From positions 1 to 64,000 of the IMG/VR virus record IMGVR_UViG_3300027779_001649: 64,000 bases of DNA; one strand, written 5' to 3'. Each line of letters starts with the position of its first letter. The stretch's first letter is position 1. A program made the position numbers and the translations under genes. Below, piece by piece: positions 47,711 through 56,520 of the stretch. Source of the stretch: a virus. The notes under the pieces are model-generated. The model made no database searches. It was given only the letters and a program-made list of their open reading frames with translations, and was not told the DNA's origin.

Positions 47711-48367
47711 ATGGAACCACCTTATAGATTAGGTCTTGTTGCCACCAGTAGAAGTGGAAGTACATATTTTCGTAGATATCTTTGCGATAAATATGGTCTA
47801 CACGATTCGGCCTCATGGTTAAAACACAATCCCTATGAAAAGATAAATGAAGCCCCCTTTGCAAAGAAACATCATATTCTAAAAATTCTAACACACTATG
47901 TTCCTGATGATGAAATAGATGAAGTTATATCAGAATCAGAAACAGTATGGTTATATAGAAAGAATACGTTTAAGCAGTTTCTCTCTCATGTCTACCGACT
48001 AATAACCAAGATAAATTTGGTATATAAGAAGGAAGAAATAGAGTTTTTAAAAAATAGTATTCCAAACAATAGTATTGTAGCCACAACAGAACAATACGAT
48101 ACTTTCATGAGAAGACTTGAAAAATTTTGGGATTTATTTTATAGTAGAAATAAAGGAACACTAGTAGAATATGAAAAATTTGTTTCTGATCCAAAAGAAG
48201 TTGGTTGGGAAATTATGGAAGACTATAATTTAGAATGGATAACGTGGGAATCTATGGAGCCGGAATCACATGGATGGCCTGATATTAAAATACCATTGAA
48301 AATGTCCATAGATTATGAAAATAAATTTAAAAATATAGAGGAAATTAGGAAATGGTTTAATGGGTAG
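47711..48367 (+). CDS. Sulfotransferase-like protein (Stf0-type)
   Basis: ATSRSGSTY PAPS-binding loop; LYRKNTFKQFLS; VEYEKF. Confidence 0.7.
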   Translation: MEPPYRLGLVATSRSGSTYFRRYLCDKYGLHDSASWLKHNPYEKINEAPFAKKHHILKILTHYVPDDEIDEVISESETVWLYRKNTFKQFLSHVYRLITKINLVYKKEEIEFLKNSIPNNSIVATTEQYDTFMRRLEKFWDLFYSRNKGTLVEYEKFVSDPKEVGWEIMEDYNLEWITWESMEPESHGWPDIKIPLKMSIDYENKFKNIEEIRKWFNG

Positions 48368-49097
48368 ATATTGTTTAATTTGCACTCCACGGTCTGGTTC
48401 ATTTTATGTTCAAAATTATATATCCAAAATTTTTGACTTAGAATTTGGTAGTGAATGGTTTGGTAGAGTTAAGCATGTTGGATATAAAGGTATGGAGACT
48501 TCTTCAGTAGATATAGACCACAGTGTTAATGAAGACTTATTAACTAATGAAGAAATAAGTAAGAGATTAGTATATTTAAAAAACTACGAAACCTCATTTA
48601 TTATTAAATGTATGCCGTTCCAATTATCAAATACAATAGAGAGAAAAGACTTACCCGATAAAGAAAAAATGGAAGTTGCAACAAAAATTATGAAGAATTT
48701 TGATTTGATTTATATGGAAACTAAAGATAAAGTATCCCAGTTTTGTTTTGATGTTATATCTAAGAATCAAGATATTGGTAAAAGAAATTTCACCCACTAC
48801 AATCCTGATATAAGACAAATACCCCTAGAAAACTCAATGACTGCAACTAGAGAAAACTACGAGAGTTTTTGTGAACGTCAAGACTTCGTTACTAGGTTTC
48901 AAGAAAAAAATTGGAAAGGTGAGCCCATAATAGTATGGGAAGATTTTATAAATAGTCCTAATATTGAAATGACAAAAATTAAAGATTGGTATAAAATTGA
49001 TGAAAAAAATATTACAGTGAATAGACCCATCATCTCACATGCAGCTTATAAATTGGTCTTTAGTAATTATGGAGAAATTGAAAAATGGTTTGGATAG
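48360..49097 (+). CDS. Sulfotransferase-like protein
   Basis: CTPRSGSFY, GSEWF, IIKCMP, VWEDF; paralog of the preceding gene. Confidence 0.65.
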   Translation: MGRYCLICTPRSGSFYVQNYISKIFDLEFGSEWFGRVKHVGYKGMETSSVDIDHSVNEDLLTNEEISKRLVYLKNYETSFIIKCMPFQLSNTIERKDLPDKEKMEVATKIMKNFDLIYMETKDKVSQFCFDVISKNQDIGKRNFTHYNPDIRQIPLENSMTATRENYESFCERQDFVTRFQEKNWKGEPIIVWEDFINSPNIEMTKIKDWYKIDEKNITVNRPIISHAAYKLVFSNYGEIEKWFG

Positions 49098-49657
49098 ACG
49101 GAAAAAATATGCCTAAATGGCACAGGAATGATGATTTTCTACATGACCTTGCTATATCATTGGTAGAAGTTCATACCAGAGAACCTCAGAACGAACCAGA
49201 AACAAATATGTTTAAGATAGCAGATGGTCTTGATACCTCTGATCCATTTGTTAAGGAAGCAGTAAGGCACTTCAATGTAATAAGAGAAGACTTAGCATGT
49301 AAGAGTGCAGTTCTACATGGTGATTTGTGGAACGAGAATATAATCATAAAAGAAAATGGTAGATTATCAGGACTGATTGATTGGGAACACACTCAAATAG
49401 GCGACCCTCATTGGGACTTCCGTATGATTAGAAGATTTATAGGCTGGGACGATTTACATTGGCTTATCACTTTGTATAATGCTAAGGCTCAATATAAAAT
49501 TAATTCTGCTACTATTTACATCTTAGATAAACTAGCACTTTGCCATCAGTATCAATATAGACTAAGAAAAAATGATAGCCCTCTTTGGAACGACACCGCA
49601 TTATTTAAAGAGTATATGGAAAGATGGCCAGTGTGCGTTAATGAAATATCCGACTAG
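49085..49657 (+). CDS. APH/choline-kinase-like phosphotransferase (C-lobe only)
   Basis: LHGDLWNENI, GLIDWE, GDPHWDF. Confidence 0.8.
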   Translation: MVWIDGKNMPKWHRNDDFLHDLAISLVEVHTREPQNEPETNMFKIADGLDTSDPFVKEAVRHFNVIREDLACKSAVLHGDLWNENIIIKENGRLSGLIDWEHTQIGDPHWDFRMIRRFIGWDDLHWLITLYNAKAQYKINSATIYILDKLALCHQYQYRLRKNDSPLWNDTALFKEYMERWPVCVNEISD

Positions 49658-50237
49658 AACATATAACTTTTATAATAAGCCTATTAATCTAGATATAGTT
49701 CCCAGATGCACCCTCCTTTGTTCCAAGTGTATGAGACAATCAGATTTTTATAAGTTTGTAGATAAAAGTAAATTAGAAGAGATAAGTATAAAAGACTACG
49801 AAAAGATTCTCAACTGTTTTTCATATGTTGAATGGTGTGGTCAAACTGGTGACCCCATATTTCATACTAAATTCTTTACTCTTCTTGAGATGAGCAGGGG
49901 TACTAAATTAGACATCCATACTGCCGCCTCACATAAACCTAAAGAATGGTATAAGAAAGCATTTAAAACTAATAAAGATGCAAAGTGGATATTTGGGGTA
50001 GATGGGTTACCAAAGGACAGCCATATCTATAGAATAAATCAAGATGGTGAATTCCTATTTGAAGTTATGAAAATGGGATCAGATATGGGTTTAGAGATTC
50101 AGTGGCAGATGATAAAGTTTAAGTATAATCAAAATAACATAGATGAAGTAATGCAGCTCTGTAGAGATAATTCTATCAGTTTTAAATTAATAAGATCCTC
50201 AAGGTTCGTATCAGATGACCCACTCAGACCAATTTAA
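49641..50237 (+). CDS. Radical SAM protein, paralog of 39256..40113
   Basis: RCTLLCSKC, GQTGDP, TAASHK..WYKKAF, FGVDGLP, YRINQDGE. Confidence 0.88.
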   Translation: MKYPTRTYNFYNKPINLDIVPRCTLLCSKCMRQSDFYKFVDKSKLEEISIKDYEKILNCFSYVEWCGQTGDPIFHTKFFTLLEMSRGTKLDIHTAASHKPKEWYKKAFKTNKDAKWIFGVDGLPKDSHIYRINQDGEFLFEVMKMGSDMGLEIQWQMIKFKYNQNNIDEVMQLCRDNSISFKLIRSSRFVSDDPLRPI

Positions 50238-50715
50238 ACCAAGATGTATATCAGGACAATGTTTAGGGCATTCTAATAAGGGGTACTTAGTTCCTTGTTG
50301 TTTTGTAGATGCATTTTATGATAATATTGAGAAAAAGAAACTCATACATCATGATAACGATAAACTTAATGCATTGTGGGATACATCCTTAAAAATTTCC
50401 AATAATAACCATATACATGATATAACAATGAGTGATATATGGATGGATTTTTATACCATGTTACAGGATAAAGATCAAGAGAAACCTTTAATGTGTATTA
50501 AGTGTTGTGACCCTGTATATACTAAGGAGTTAAAAGAAGGTGAAATAGCTCCAACACGATTTAGCCAGAAGACTAATCCAGTACATGCTGTCAGCAGAAG
50601 AAGTACAGAAGTAACTCATGTGATAAAGATTAATAGTATGTCAGTAAATGATGAACTTTTGGTGATGACCTCATCTGGCCGACCTAAGCCAAAAGATTAT
50701 AAACAAAGAGAATGA
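50215..50715 (+). CDS. Stand-alone SPASM/twitch-like Cys-rich protein
   Basis: PRCISG...GYLVPCCF...MCIKCC. Confidence 0.7.
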   Translation: MTHSDQFKPRCISGQCLGHSNKGYLVPCCFVDAFYDNIEKKKLIHHDNDKLNALWDTSLKISNNNHIHDITMSDIWMDFYTMLQDKDQEKPLMCIKCCDPVYTKELKEGEIAPTRFSQKTNPVHAVSRRSTEVTHVIKINSMSVNDELLVMTSSGRPKPKDYKQRE

Positions 50716-51854
50716 CGGTCAAGATAATCCATGATGTTATCCTTATGAACTATCGTTCCATCATTAACAATCGCCTTCACCCTAAAATCATTAGGTAATG
50801 GTGAGTAGAACTCTTTCTGAGCTCTTCCTTCCATCAATCTAGTTTTTCCTATACCATATGCAAATTCCCTATCATATAATGCAATGAAGTCTCTCAACAT
50901 CATCTTTGCTTTCTGGAATCTTTCTGGGTCACTCCTAGGACTGTGATTATACCAAAACATATTTCTATTATAATGTTGATTAATTGACCACTTGTGTATA
51001 TCTGGATCTCTAAAGAACGGCTGATAATTTTCTAGGTCAATCTCATCTGCTTTTATATTTTGTAAGAAACGGAATGACTGTGTGATGAATGTATACCGTG
51101 TTATTGTCCACCACATTTCATAATTCCATTCCTCATTTTCTGGGTCATCTAGATTTGGTTTCTTTCTTGGGTCTATTGCATACCCCAATGGTTTGTTGGG
51201 ATCACGAACTGCGTCATCTACTTGTGGGGGGTAACCGACACTACCAAACAATCTATCAGCTTCGCACCCACTAGTATAAACATTAATATCTGGATTCGCC
51301 ATACCATAAATGTTTCCTGTCATATCTAAACGATGCGGGCCTTTAATAACATAATCTTCCCATAACTTGGGATAATGTTTAATAACTGCGTCACCTCCAG
51401 CAATGATATGCAGCTGTTCTCTAGGACAAACTTCTTTCAGTGCGTATAACATAGCAGTACTATCTACACCACCAGAATAGAATACCTCAATATGTTTACC
51501 CATATCTCTTAATTCTTCTGCACGTTTAATCATAAGGTCATTAAAGTCTGCGTTCTCTACCTCTGGATAATATTTGTAATCCAAAACAGGATAATACTTT
51601 TCCATATTATCCATATTAAACACATATTCATCTACACCCAAAGAATCACTTATGTATGAACTCTTAGGACGATGGCAATATTGAGTCATAAATTCTTCAC
51701 GTTGTCTCGCTTCCTTATACTCTTCAAAGAACTCTTTCTCAAATTCAGGCCATCCGTACTGTCCCTTTCTAGGCGCACCTTTAACAACCTTATCCATAGC
51801 CCTTCTGAAGTCATCAGAAATATATACATACTTAATTGTGCTTTTCATAGTCAC
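50697..51854 (-). CDS. PP-loop ATPase (asparagine synthase C-domain-like), paralog B
   Basis: VFYSGGVDST, SGCEADRLFG, QPFF, KMMLRDFI. Confidence 0.75.
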   Translation of the reverse strand: MTMKSTIKYVYISDDFRRAMDKVVKGAPRKGQYGWPEFEKEFFEEYKEARQREEFMTQYCHRPKSSYISDSLGVDEYVFNMDNMEKYYPVLDYKYYPEVENADFNDLMIKRAEELRDMGKHIEVFYSGGVDSTAMLYALKEVCPREQLHIIAGGDAVIKHYPKLWEDYVIKGPHRLDMTGNIYGMANPDINVYTSGCEADRLFGSVGYPPQVDDAVRDPNKPLGYAIDPRKKPNLDDPENEEWNYEMWWTITRYTFITQSFRFLQNIKADEIDLENYQPFFRDPDIHKWSINQHYNRNMFWYNHSPRSDPERFQKAKMMLRDFIALYDREFAYGIGKTRLMEGRAQKEFYSPLPNDFRVKAIVNDGTIVHKDNIMDYLDRHSLCL

Positions 51855-52533
51855 TCCAATTATGTGGTTTGTTTGCAGAATGCGTAAAGTGAACTAGTTT
51901 TATGTCTGGATGAAATTCTTCTCCTAGATATATGTACTCGTTACCTGTTACTTCCCTGTACTTCCTAGTAATCTGAACTTGCCAAGTAGACATCTTCTTA
52001 CCGTAGTTAATACCAGAATCAACTACCCACCTAGTAAACCATTCATTGGGTAGGGTAATTAATTCTAATCTCTCTTTAACCGAATCCTCTACAAAATACT
52101 GTTCACCATTTACGGGGCCTTTGGTCACACCATTTTCAATGTAGTGTCTCTGCCATCCGTTTATGTCTTTCATAAACTTATCGTAGATATATTTGCAGTC
52201 CTTCGGATAGTACTTAAAGAATCCACCGTTGATAGAGTATCCTTCTTTCTTTGTGTCTCTCCACCACCCAGGCATTGCAAGGAACTGTCCACGCATAATA
52301 GGGTAGTCAAATATCCTTTCATAGTCTCCCATAAGAAGAACGTCTATATCCATGACACAAATAGGTGTATCCTGATCTAGCTGCATACCCCACATCTTAT
52401 TCCATTGCAACAGCACCTCTGGATGATATGGTTCATGTATCCAATGCAGATCATAATTTGATAATTTACTTTCAAGATAATCTTCATATTCTTGTCCATA
52501 CTTATCACCAATTCTTATTAATATAACTTTCAT
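51832..52533 (-). CDS. Glycosyltransferase-like protein (GT-A)
   Basis: IGDKYG, WNKM, MDID (DxD), INGGF, GEQYF, VHFT. Confidence 0.7.
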   Translation of the reverse strand: MKVILIRIGDKYGQEYEDYLESKLSNYDLHWIHEPYHPEVLLQWNKMWGMQLDQDTPICVMDIDVLLMGDYERIFDYPIMRGQFLAMPGWWRDTKKEGYSINGGFFKYYPKDCKYIYDKFMKDINGWQRHYIENGVTKGPVNGEQYFVEDSVKERLELITLPNEWFTRWVVDSGINYGKKMSTWQVQITRKYREVTGNEYIYLGEEFHPDIKLVHFTHSANKPHNWSDYEKHN

Positions 52534-53888
52534 TTTTTAGTTTTCATGCAACGGGATTTCAGAGGATTAGTTCCAATCCAATAATAGAAATTTGCTTCAT
52601 CTAACGCCTCAAAAAATTTATAATATGACTTCCATATAATATCTAAGGGGTACTTTAATAAGACTTTATGATAACTGAAAATATTACTTGTGTTAACAAA
52701 TACATTTTTTCCCTTGACTTTTTCAGCAAGTATGTTATAATCCATATTCAATAAGTCCCACTCATTATATGTAATAACAAACTTCTCTGTCATTTCTTTC
52801 TGTGCCTGTCTAACTTCTTCCCAAGTCCCGTACTCTACAAACCGTTCTTGTTGTCTAATTTCATGATTCCACACGAAATAAACATTGGAATAAACACGAC
52901 CTAACATTTCAATCTCATCTTTATCCATATTGAATTCTACAATTCTCCTTTTGACTCGTAGTATATCTTTATGTAGATCATAAAATGCAACTTCACCATC
53001 AAAATCTAATTTCTGTGCATACACTTCGGTGCTATAACCAGCACAAGGCGACAGTATGAGATCAAATTTAAAATCCAACCAGTTAGTTATAAGTTTACTA
53101 TTAATTTTTAGATGTTCATTGTTCTCTACATAAAAATTAGATCTATTAGTGGTGTTTTGTTGAAGTGTACGAAAATAAGAATCTCTATTTGGAGGCCCAT
53201 CATATAAGAACTTACCTCGTTCTATTGAATTCCAGATATCATTCTGTAATAGCCGTCTATTACTACCATATGAATAAGCCTTACTGCTTCTCTCTTCCTT
53301 ATTAAAATTCACTATCTTTATTAAGCCCTTTGGTTTAATCCAAGGCGGAGTATAGTCATCGTGATAGTTATCTGAAGACCGAATATATTTGGGCCATCTT
53401 TCAAATAGGTTTGGTGACCCTACCGATCTCCATATATCTAAATTTACTTCTAAGTGCTGTCGGTGTAAATACGCCTCTTTGTTTGGGTGGGATATTATGT
53501 GACCTCTACAATAAAGTTGAGTTTTAGTGAATTCTTCAAAGGAAGTAAGAGGAGTCGTTGCCTTCCCATCAATAACTTCTGTTACACGAAATATCATACC
53601 AACAGAACATATCATTGCATGGGTGTACCGGCGATTTTTCTTTAATGTCTTATCTAGTTCACTTTCCAAACATAATACAACATTGTGATTACTACCACCT
53701 CCAGTTGGTCCACCAGATATTTGCATATAAGTCATCTGTGTTTGTCTATAAACACCATGATCCCATTCTAATTTATCTGGATAAGTCACAACATATAAAT
53801 GTGGTTTGCCCTGTAATCTACGTGTCAAGTCTCCCTTCTGCACTTCTTTATGTAGAAGTTTTTTAAAATCATCTAAAGAATTAACCAC
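52530..53888 (-). CDS. Hypothetical protein (possible modification enzyme)
   Basis: 452-aa ORF in a coupled operon; C-terminal PCAG/FYD/SNIF segments hint at a Rossmann methyltransferase-like fold. Confidence 0.55.
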   Translation of the reverse strand: MVNSLDDFKKLLHKEVQKGDLTRRLQGKPHLYVVTYPDKLEWDHGVYRQTQMTYMQISGGPTGGGSNHNVVLCLESELDKTLKKNRRYTHAMICSVGMIFRVTEVIDGKATTPLTSFEEFTKTQLYCRGHIISHPNKEAYLHRQHLEVNLDIWRSVGSPNLFERWPKYIRSSDNYHDDYTPPWIKPKGLIKIVNFNKEERSSKAYSYGSNRRLLQNDIWNSIERGKFLYDGPPNRDSYFRTLQQNTTNRSNFYVENNEHLKINSKLITNWLDFKFDLILSPCAGYSTEVYAQKLDFDGEVAFYDLHKDILRVKRRIVEFNMDKDEIEMLGRVYSNVYFVWNHEIRQQERFVEYGTWEEVRQAQKEMTEKFVITYNEWDLLNMDYNILAEKVKGKNVFVNTSNIFSYHKVLLKYPLDIIWKSYYKFFEALDEANFYYWIGTNPLKSRCMKTKK

Positions 53889-54573
53889 GGGTAATTTCTT
53901 TCAGAGCATCTGGACCAAATTGTTTAACAATAGACTTTTTCATTAACAATTCTCTTTCCTTATTACCACCGCCATGAATTATAAAGTGAAATCTATTTTC
54001 ATTTGAACTGTTTAAGGCTTCATGATTAACACCATTATCAAACCAAAACCCTGTACAATTTTCAAAAGGAAGTTCTTCTTTTGTAGAAGCACGTCTTAGG
54101 TAACAATTGTCTGGTTGATAAAACGCAAGGTTAATAGCAGAAGAAATGTTACGTTTTCTACCTTCGGCTGTTCTTTTTTGATTGGAATCATTATGAGATT
54201 CTATACTACCGCCTGGTTTAAGTAACATAAACCTACAACGTCTGTATTGTTTGTGTGGGAAATCTTCTAACCATCTCTTAGTCTCAGGTGCTATTTCTTG
54301 TAATTCTGTCCAACCCCAATCAACAGCATCTTCTTCTAGATTATATGCAGAAGGGTTTTTGGTATGATGCCATCCCACAGAAATGTCCTTACCTTTCTCA
54401 ACAAAACCATGTAGTGCAGAAGAACACCAACCATCACCTGTTCCATAACGATGGTCTACAAAGAACCCTTCGTCATAAACCTGTTGAGCTTCTTTGATAC
54501 ATGCCTCTGGTATTTCCAAATCAATTTTAAGATACCATATGTCATTTGCTCTGCACCATTCTACTGCATTCAT
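53881..54573 (-). CDS. Aspartyl/asparaginyl beta-hydroxylase-like 2OG oxygenase
   Basis: RCRFMLLKPGGSIESHND, NHEALN, RFHFIIH. Confidence 0.85.
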   Translation of the reverse strand: MNAVEWCRANDIWYLKIDLEIPEACIKEAQQVYDEGFFVDHRYGTGDGWCSSALHGFVEKGKDISVGWHHTKNPSAYNLEEDAVDWGWTELQEIAPETKRWLEDFPHKQYRRCRFMLLKPGGSIESHNDSNQKRTAEGRKRNISSAINLAFYQPDNCYLRRASTKEELPFENCTGFWFDNGVNHEALNSSNENRFHFIIHGGGNKERELLMKKSIVKQFGPDALKEITRG

Positions 54574-55244
54574 TTTCCTATTACCATGAATCTTTCAAAA
54601 CCGTTAAGTAATTTTTTACTACCAGAGTACCAAACATCCATCATTCGTGCCTGTTCTATTAACTCATCTACACTCTCTACAGTATTGATATGGTCTGGAC
54701 AGTTTTCTTTTTGACTTGTTGATTGTAGAACAAAAAGTGAATTTTCTAATTGTGGATTTATTTCTCTAAACTTCCACATAGGAAACATGTGTTCACAAGA
54801 AGTATTCACCACCACATCATAGACTTGTGCATGTTTATCTTGCACATCTTCTAAATCTCTACAATATCTTAAAGACTTAAACATAACATCTCTTCGGAGA
54901 GAACGATACCTTTTTGGTTCATCCTTATACCTTCTGTTTAATTTGAAGCTGATAAAATGTGCATCGTGGTCTATTTCAAAATTTGTAACAAATTTAGCAC
55001 CTACGTTATCAACCAGTATTGCAGTTATATAGTGGGCATACCATCCTCCCAGAAGGGCAACATGTTCTGGAACAATATTCAAATTGATTAATTCATTTCC
55101 TAACCACAACTTACCTTCTACCTGTGAGGCGTTCATGGATTCTACAAGTCTTTCAAATGCCCAAGGTCTCTCTCTTTGAGTTTCCATATAGGCTCGTGTC
55201 CAATTGTTTGCAGTCAGAGGGTTGTAAGGAATATGGTCTACCAT
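54570..55244 (-). CDS. Class I SAM-dependent methyltransferase-like protein
   Basis: KLWL, LLGGWY, FEID, VNTSCEHM, RFMVIG. Confidence 0.7.
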   Translation of the reverse strand: MVDHIPYNPLTANNWTRAYMETQRERPWAFERLVESMNASQVEGKLWLGNELINLNIVPEHVALLGGWYAHYITAILVDNVGAKFVTNFEIDHDAHFISFKLNRRYKDEPKRYRSLRRDVMFKSLRYCRDLEDVQDKHAQVYDVVVNTSCEHMFPMWKFREINPQLENSLFVLQSTSQKENCPDHINTVESVDELIEQARMMDVWYSGSKKLLNGFERFMVIGK

Positions 55245-55996
55245 AATTTCTTTAACTCCTCAATTTCAAACATATCTTCATAAGTCTCTTTGGTACTATT
55301 ATTAAAAAGACAGATTTTTTGGTCTTCCCTTATCTTTCTTTCTTCCATATCCTCTGGAAATATGTTTCCTTTATACCAAGAATAAACGTCACCCTTTGGA
55401 TATACATTCACATAAGAAACTTTCTCATCCCATACATTATACCAATGATGATTAAGATAATTATCTATAGTAGAATATGTAAAGAATATAACCTCTGGAT
55501 TTTTTTCTATATGTGCATAGATACTTCCCATTTGAGATTTATTCCATCTCAGTACTGATGAATTTAATGGAGTTGATTTTATCTGTCCATAATTTTTCCG
55601 ACAGGTATCTATATCATTCCACCAACCTCTAACGATATAGGGCTTATTCATCCGTAATTCAAAGAAATATTTTAAGTCTTTTTGTATAAGACAGTCCAAA
55701 TCTAGATACAAAAACATATCTCCATTCATTGTTGGAAATAGGTTCTCGTTGAACATATACATTTTTCTATAAGCCCAAAACCTGTTAGTATCGGGATCAT
55801 AATGTTTATCCCAAGTTGTGGGTAATTTTAAGTCAAAACTATTTTGGGGATTATCTGTTAGACAATAAAAATTGAAAGGTATAGAACAATGCTTTTCACA
55901 TTGGTTCTTTAGGTTAAGAACATAGTCATTACTATATTTGTCACCCCACTTCACACATAATATTGTGTTCACAGACATTTGTGATTCAAGATGCAT
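55238..55996 (-). CDS. Glycosyltransferase-like protein (GT-A)
   Basis: CVKWGDKY, FYCLTD, YLDLD (DxD), LNSSV; start may be 55978. Confidence 0.75.
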   Translation of the reverse strand: MHLESQMSVNTILCVKWGDKYSNDYVLNLKNQCEKHCSIPFNFYCLTDNPQNSFDLKLPTTWDKHYDPDTNRFWAYRKMYMFNENLFPTMNGDMFLYLDLDCLIQKDLKYFFELRMNKPYIVRGWWNDIDTCRKNYGQIKSTPLNSSVLRWNKSQMGSIYAHIEKNPEVIFFTYSTIDNYLNHHWYNVWDEKVSYVNVYPKGDVYSWYKGNIFPEDMEERKIREDQKICLFNNSTKETYEDMFEIEELKKLW

Positions 55997-55999
55997 TTA

Positions 56000-56509
56000 T
56001 TACTTCATAAAAGAATGATATATTGATATAGCCTCTAATGGTGATGTAGATTTTCGTAGGTCTGCTTTTTTCTTTTTAGCTTTACTATTTTTTACTTCAT
56101 CACGATCAAAGAATTTCAATTTGAGTTTAAAAAGTTCTTCTTTATTTTGACTGTCTTCGTCATCAAAATTAAAGATTAAGTCTTCTATATTTAAGAGGAT
56201 AATTTCCTCTTTGTCTTTTTGGTCTGGTTCATTTCCCTCTTGGTCATATCCATATAGATTATTATCACGAGCATAATTTTCAAAAGAATTTCTGAATATT
56301 TGTTTCTCATTATCTATTTTGGCTGCTGTAGATTGGTCAAGACTCTCATAAGACCACTCTTCCAACAAAGAGTTGAACTGATCATCAGTTTCATCAACAA
56401 GCAGAAAATGTTCTCTTGCAATTTTACCATCGCTCCATAAAACACAAACAGTATCATGTTCGGGGTTTGAATAGTAAGCGTTAATTATTTTTTCAGAAAA
56501 GACCGCCAT
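56000..56509 (-). CDS. Hypothetical protein
   Basis: 169-aa ORF with AAGGAG RBS after a late promoter. Confidence 0.7.
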   Translation of the reverse strand: MAVFSEKIINAYYSNPEHDTVCVLWSDGKIAREHFLLVDETDDQFNSLLEEWSYESLDQSTAAKIDNEKQIFRNSFENYARDNNLYGYDQEGNEPDQKDKEEIILLNIEDLIFNFDDEDSQNKEELFKLKLKFFDRDEVKNSKAKKKKADLRKSTSPLEAISIYHSFMK

Positions 56510-56520
56510 TCTTTATCTCC

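Noticed and set aside
50231-50240. TTTAAAC slippery heptamer at the radical SAM / Cys-domain junction
   Set aside because: It is not in the X XXY YYZ phase of the upstream ORF, and joining the ORFs would need a +1 shift.
35011-51854. 7-deazaguanine DNA modification pathway (QueC-like PP-loop + QueE-like radical SAM)
   Set aside because: The PP-loop proteins lack QueC's C-terminal Zn-binding Cys cluster and are much longer; no FolE, QueD or DpdA is seen in the window.
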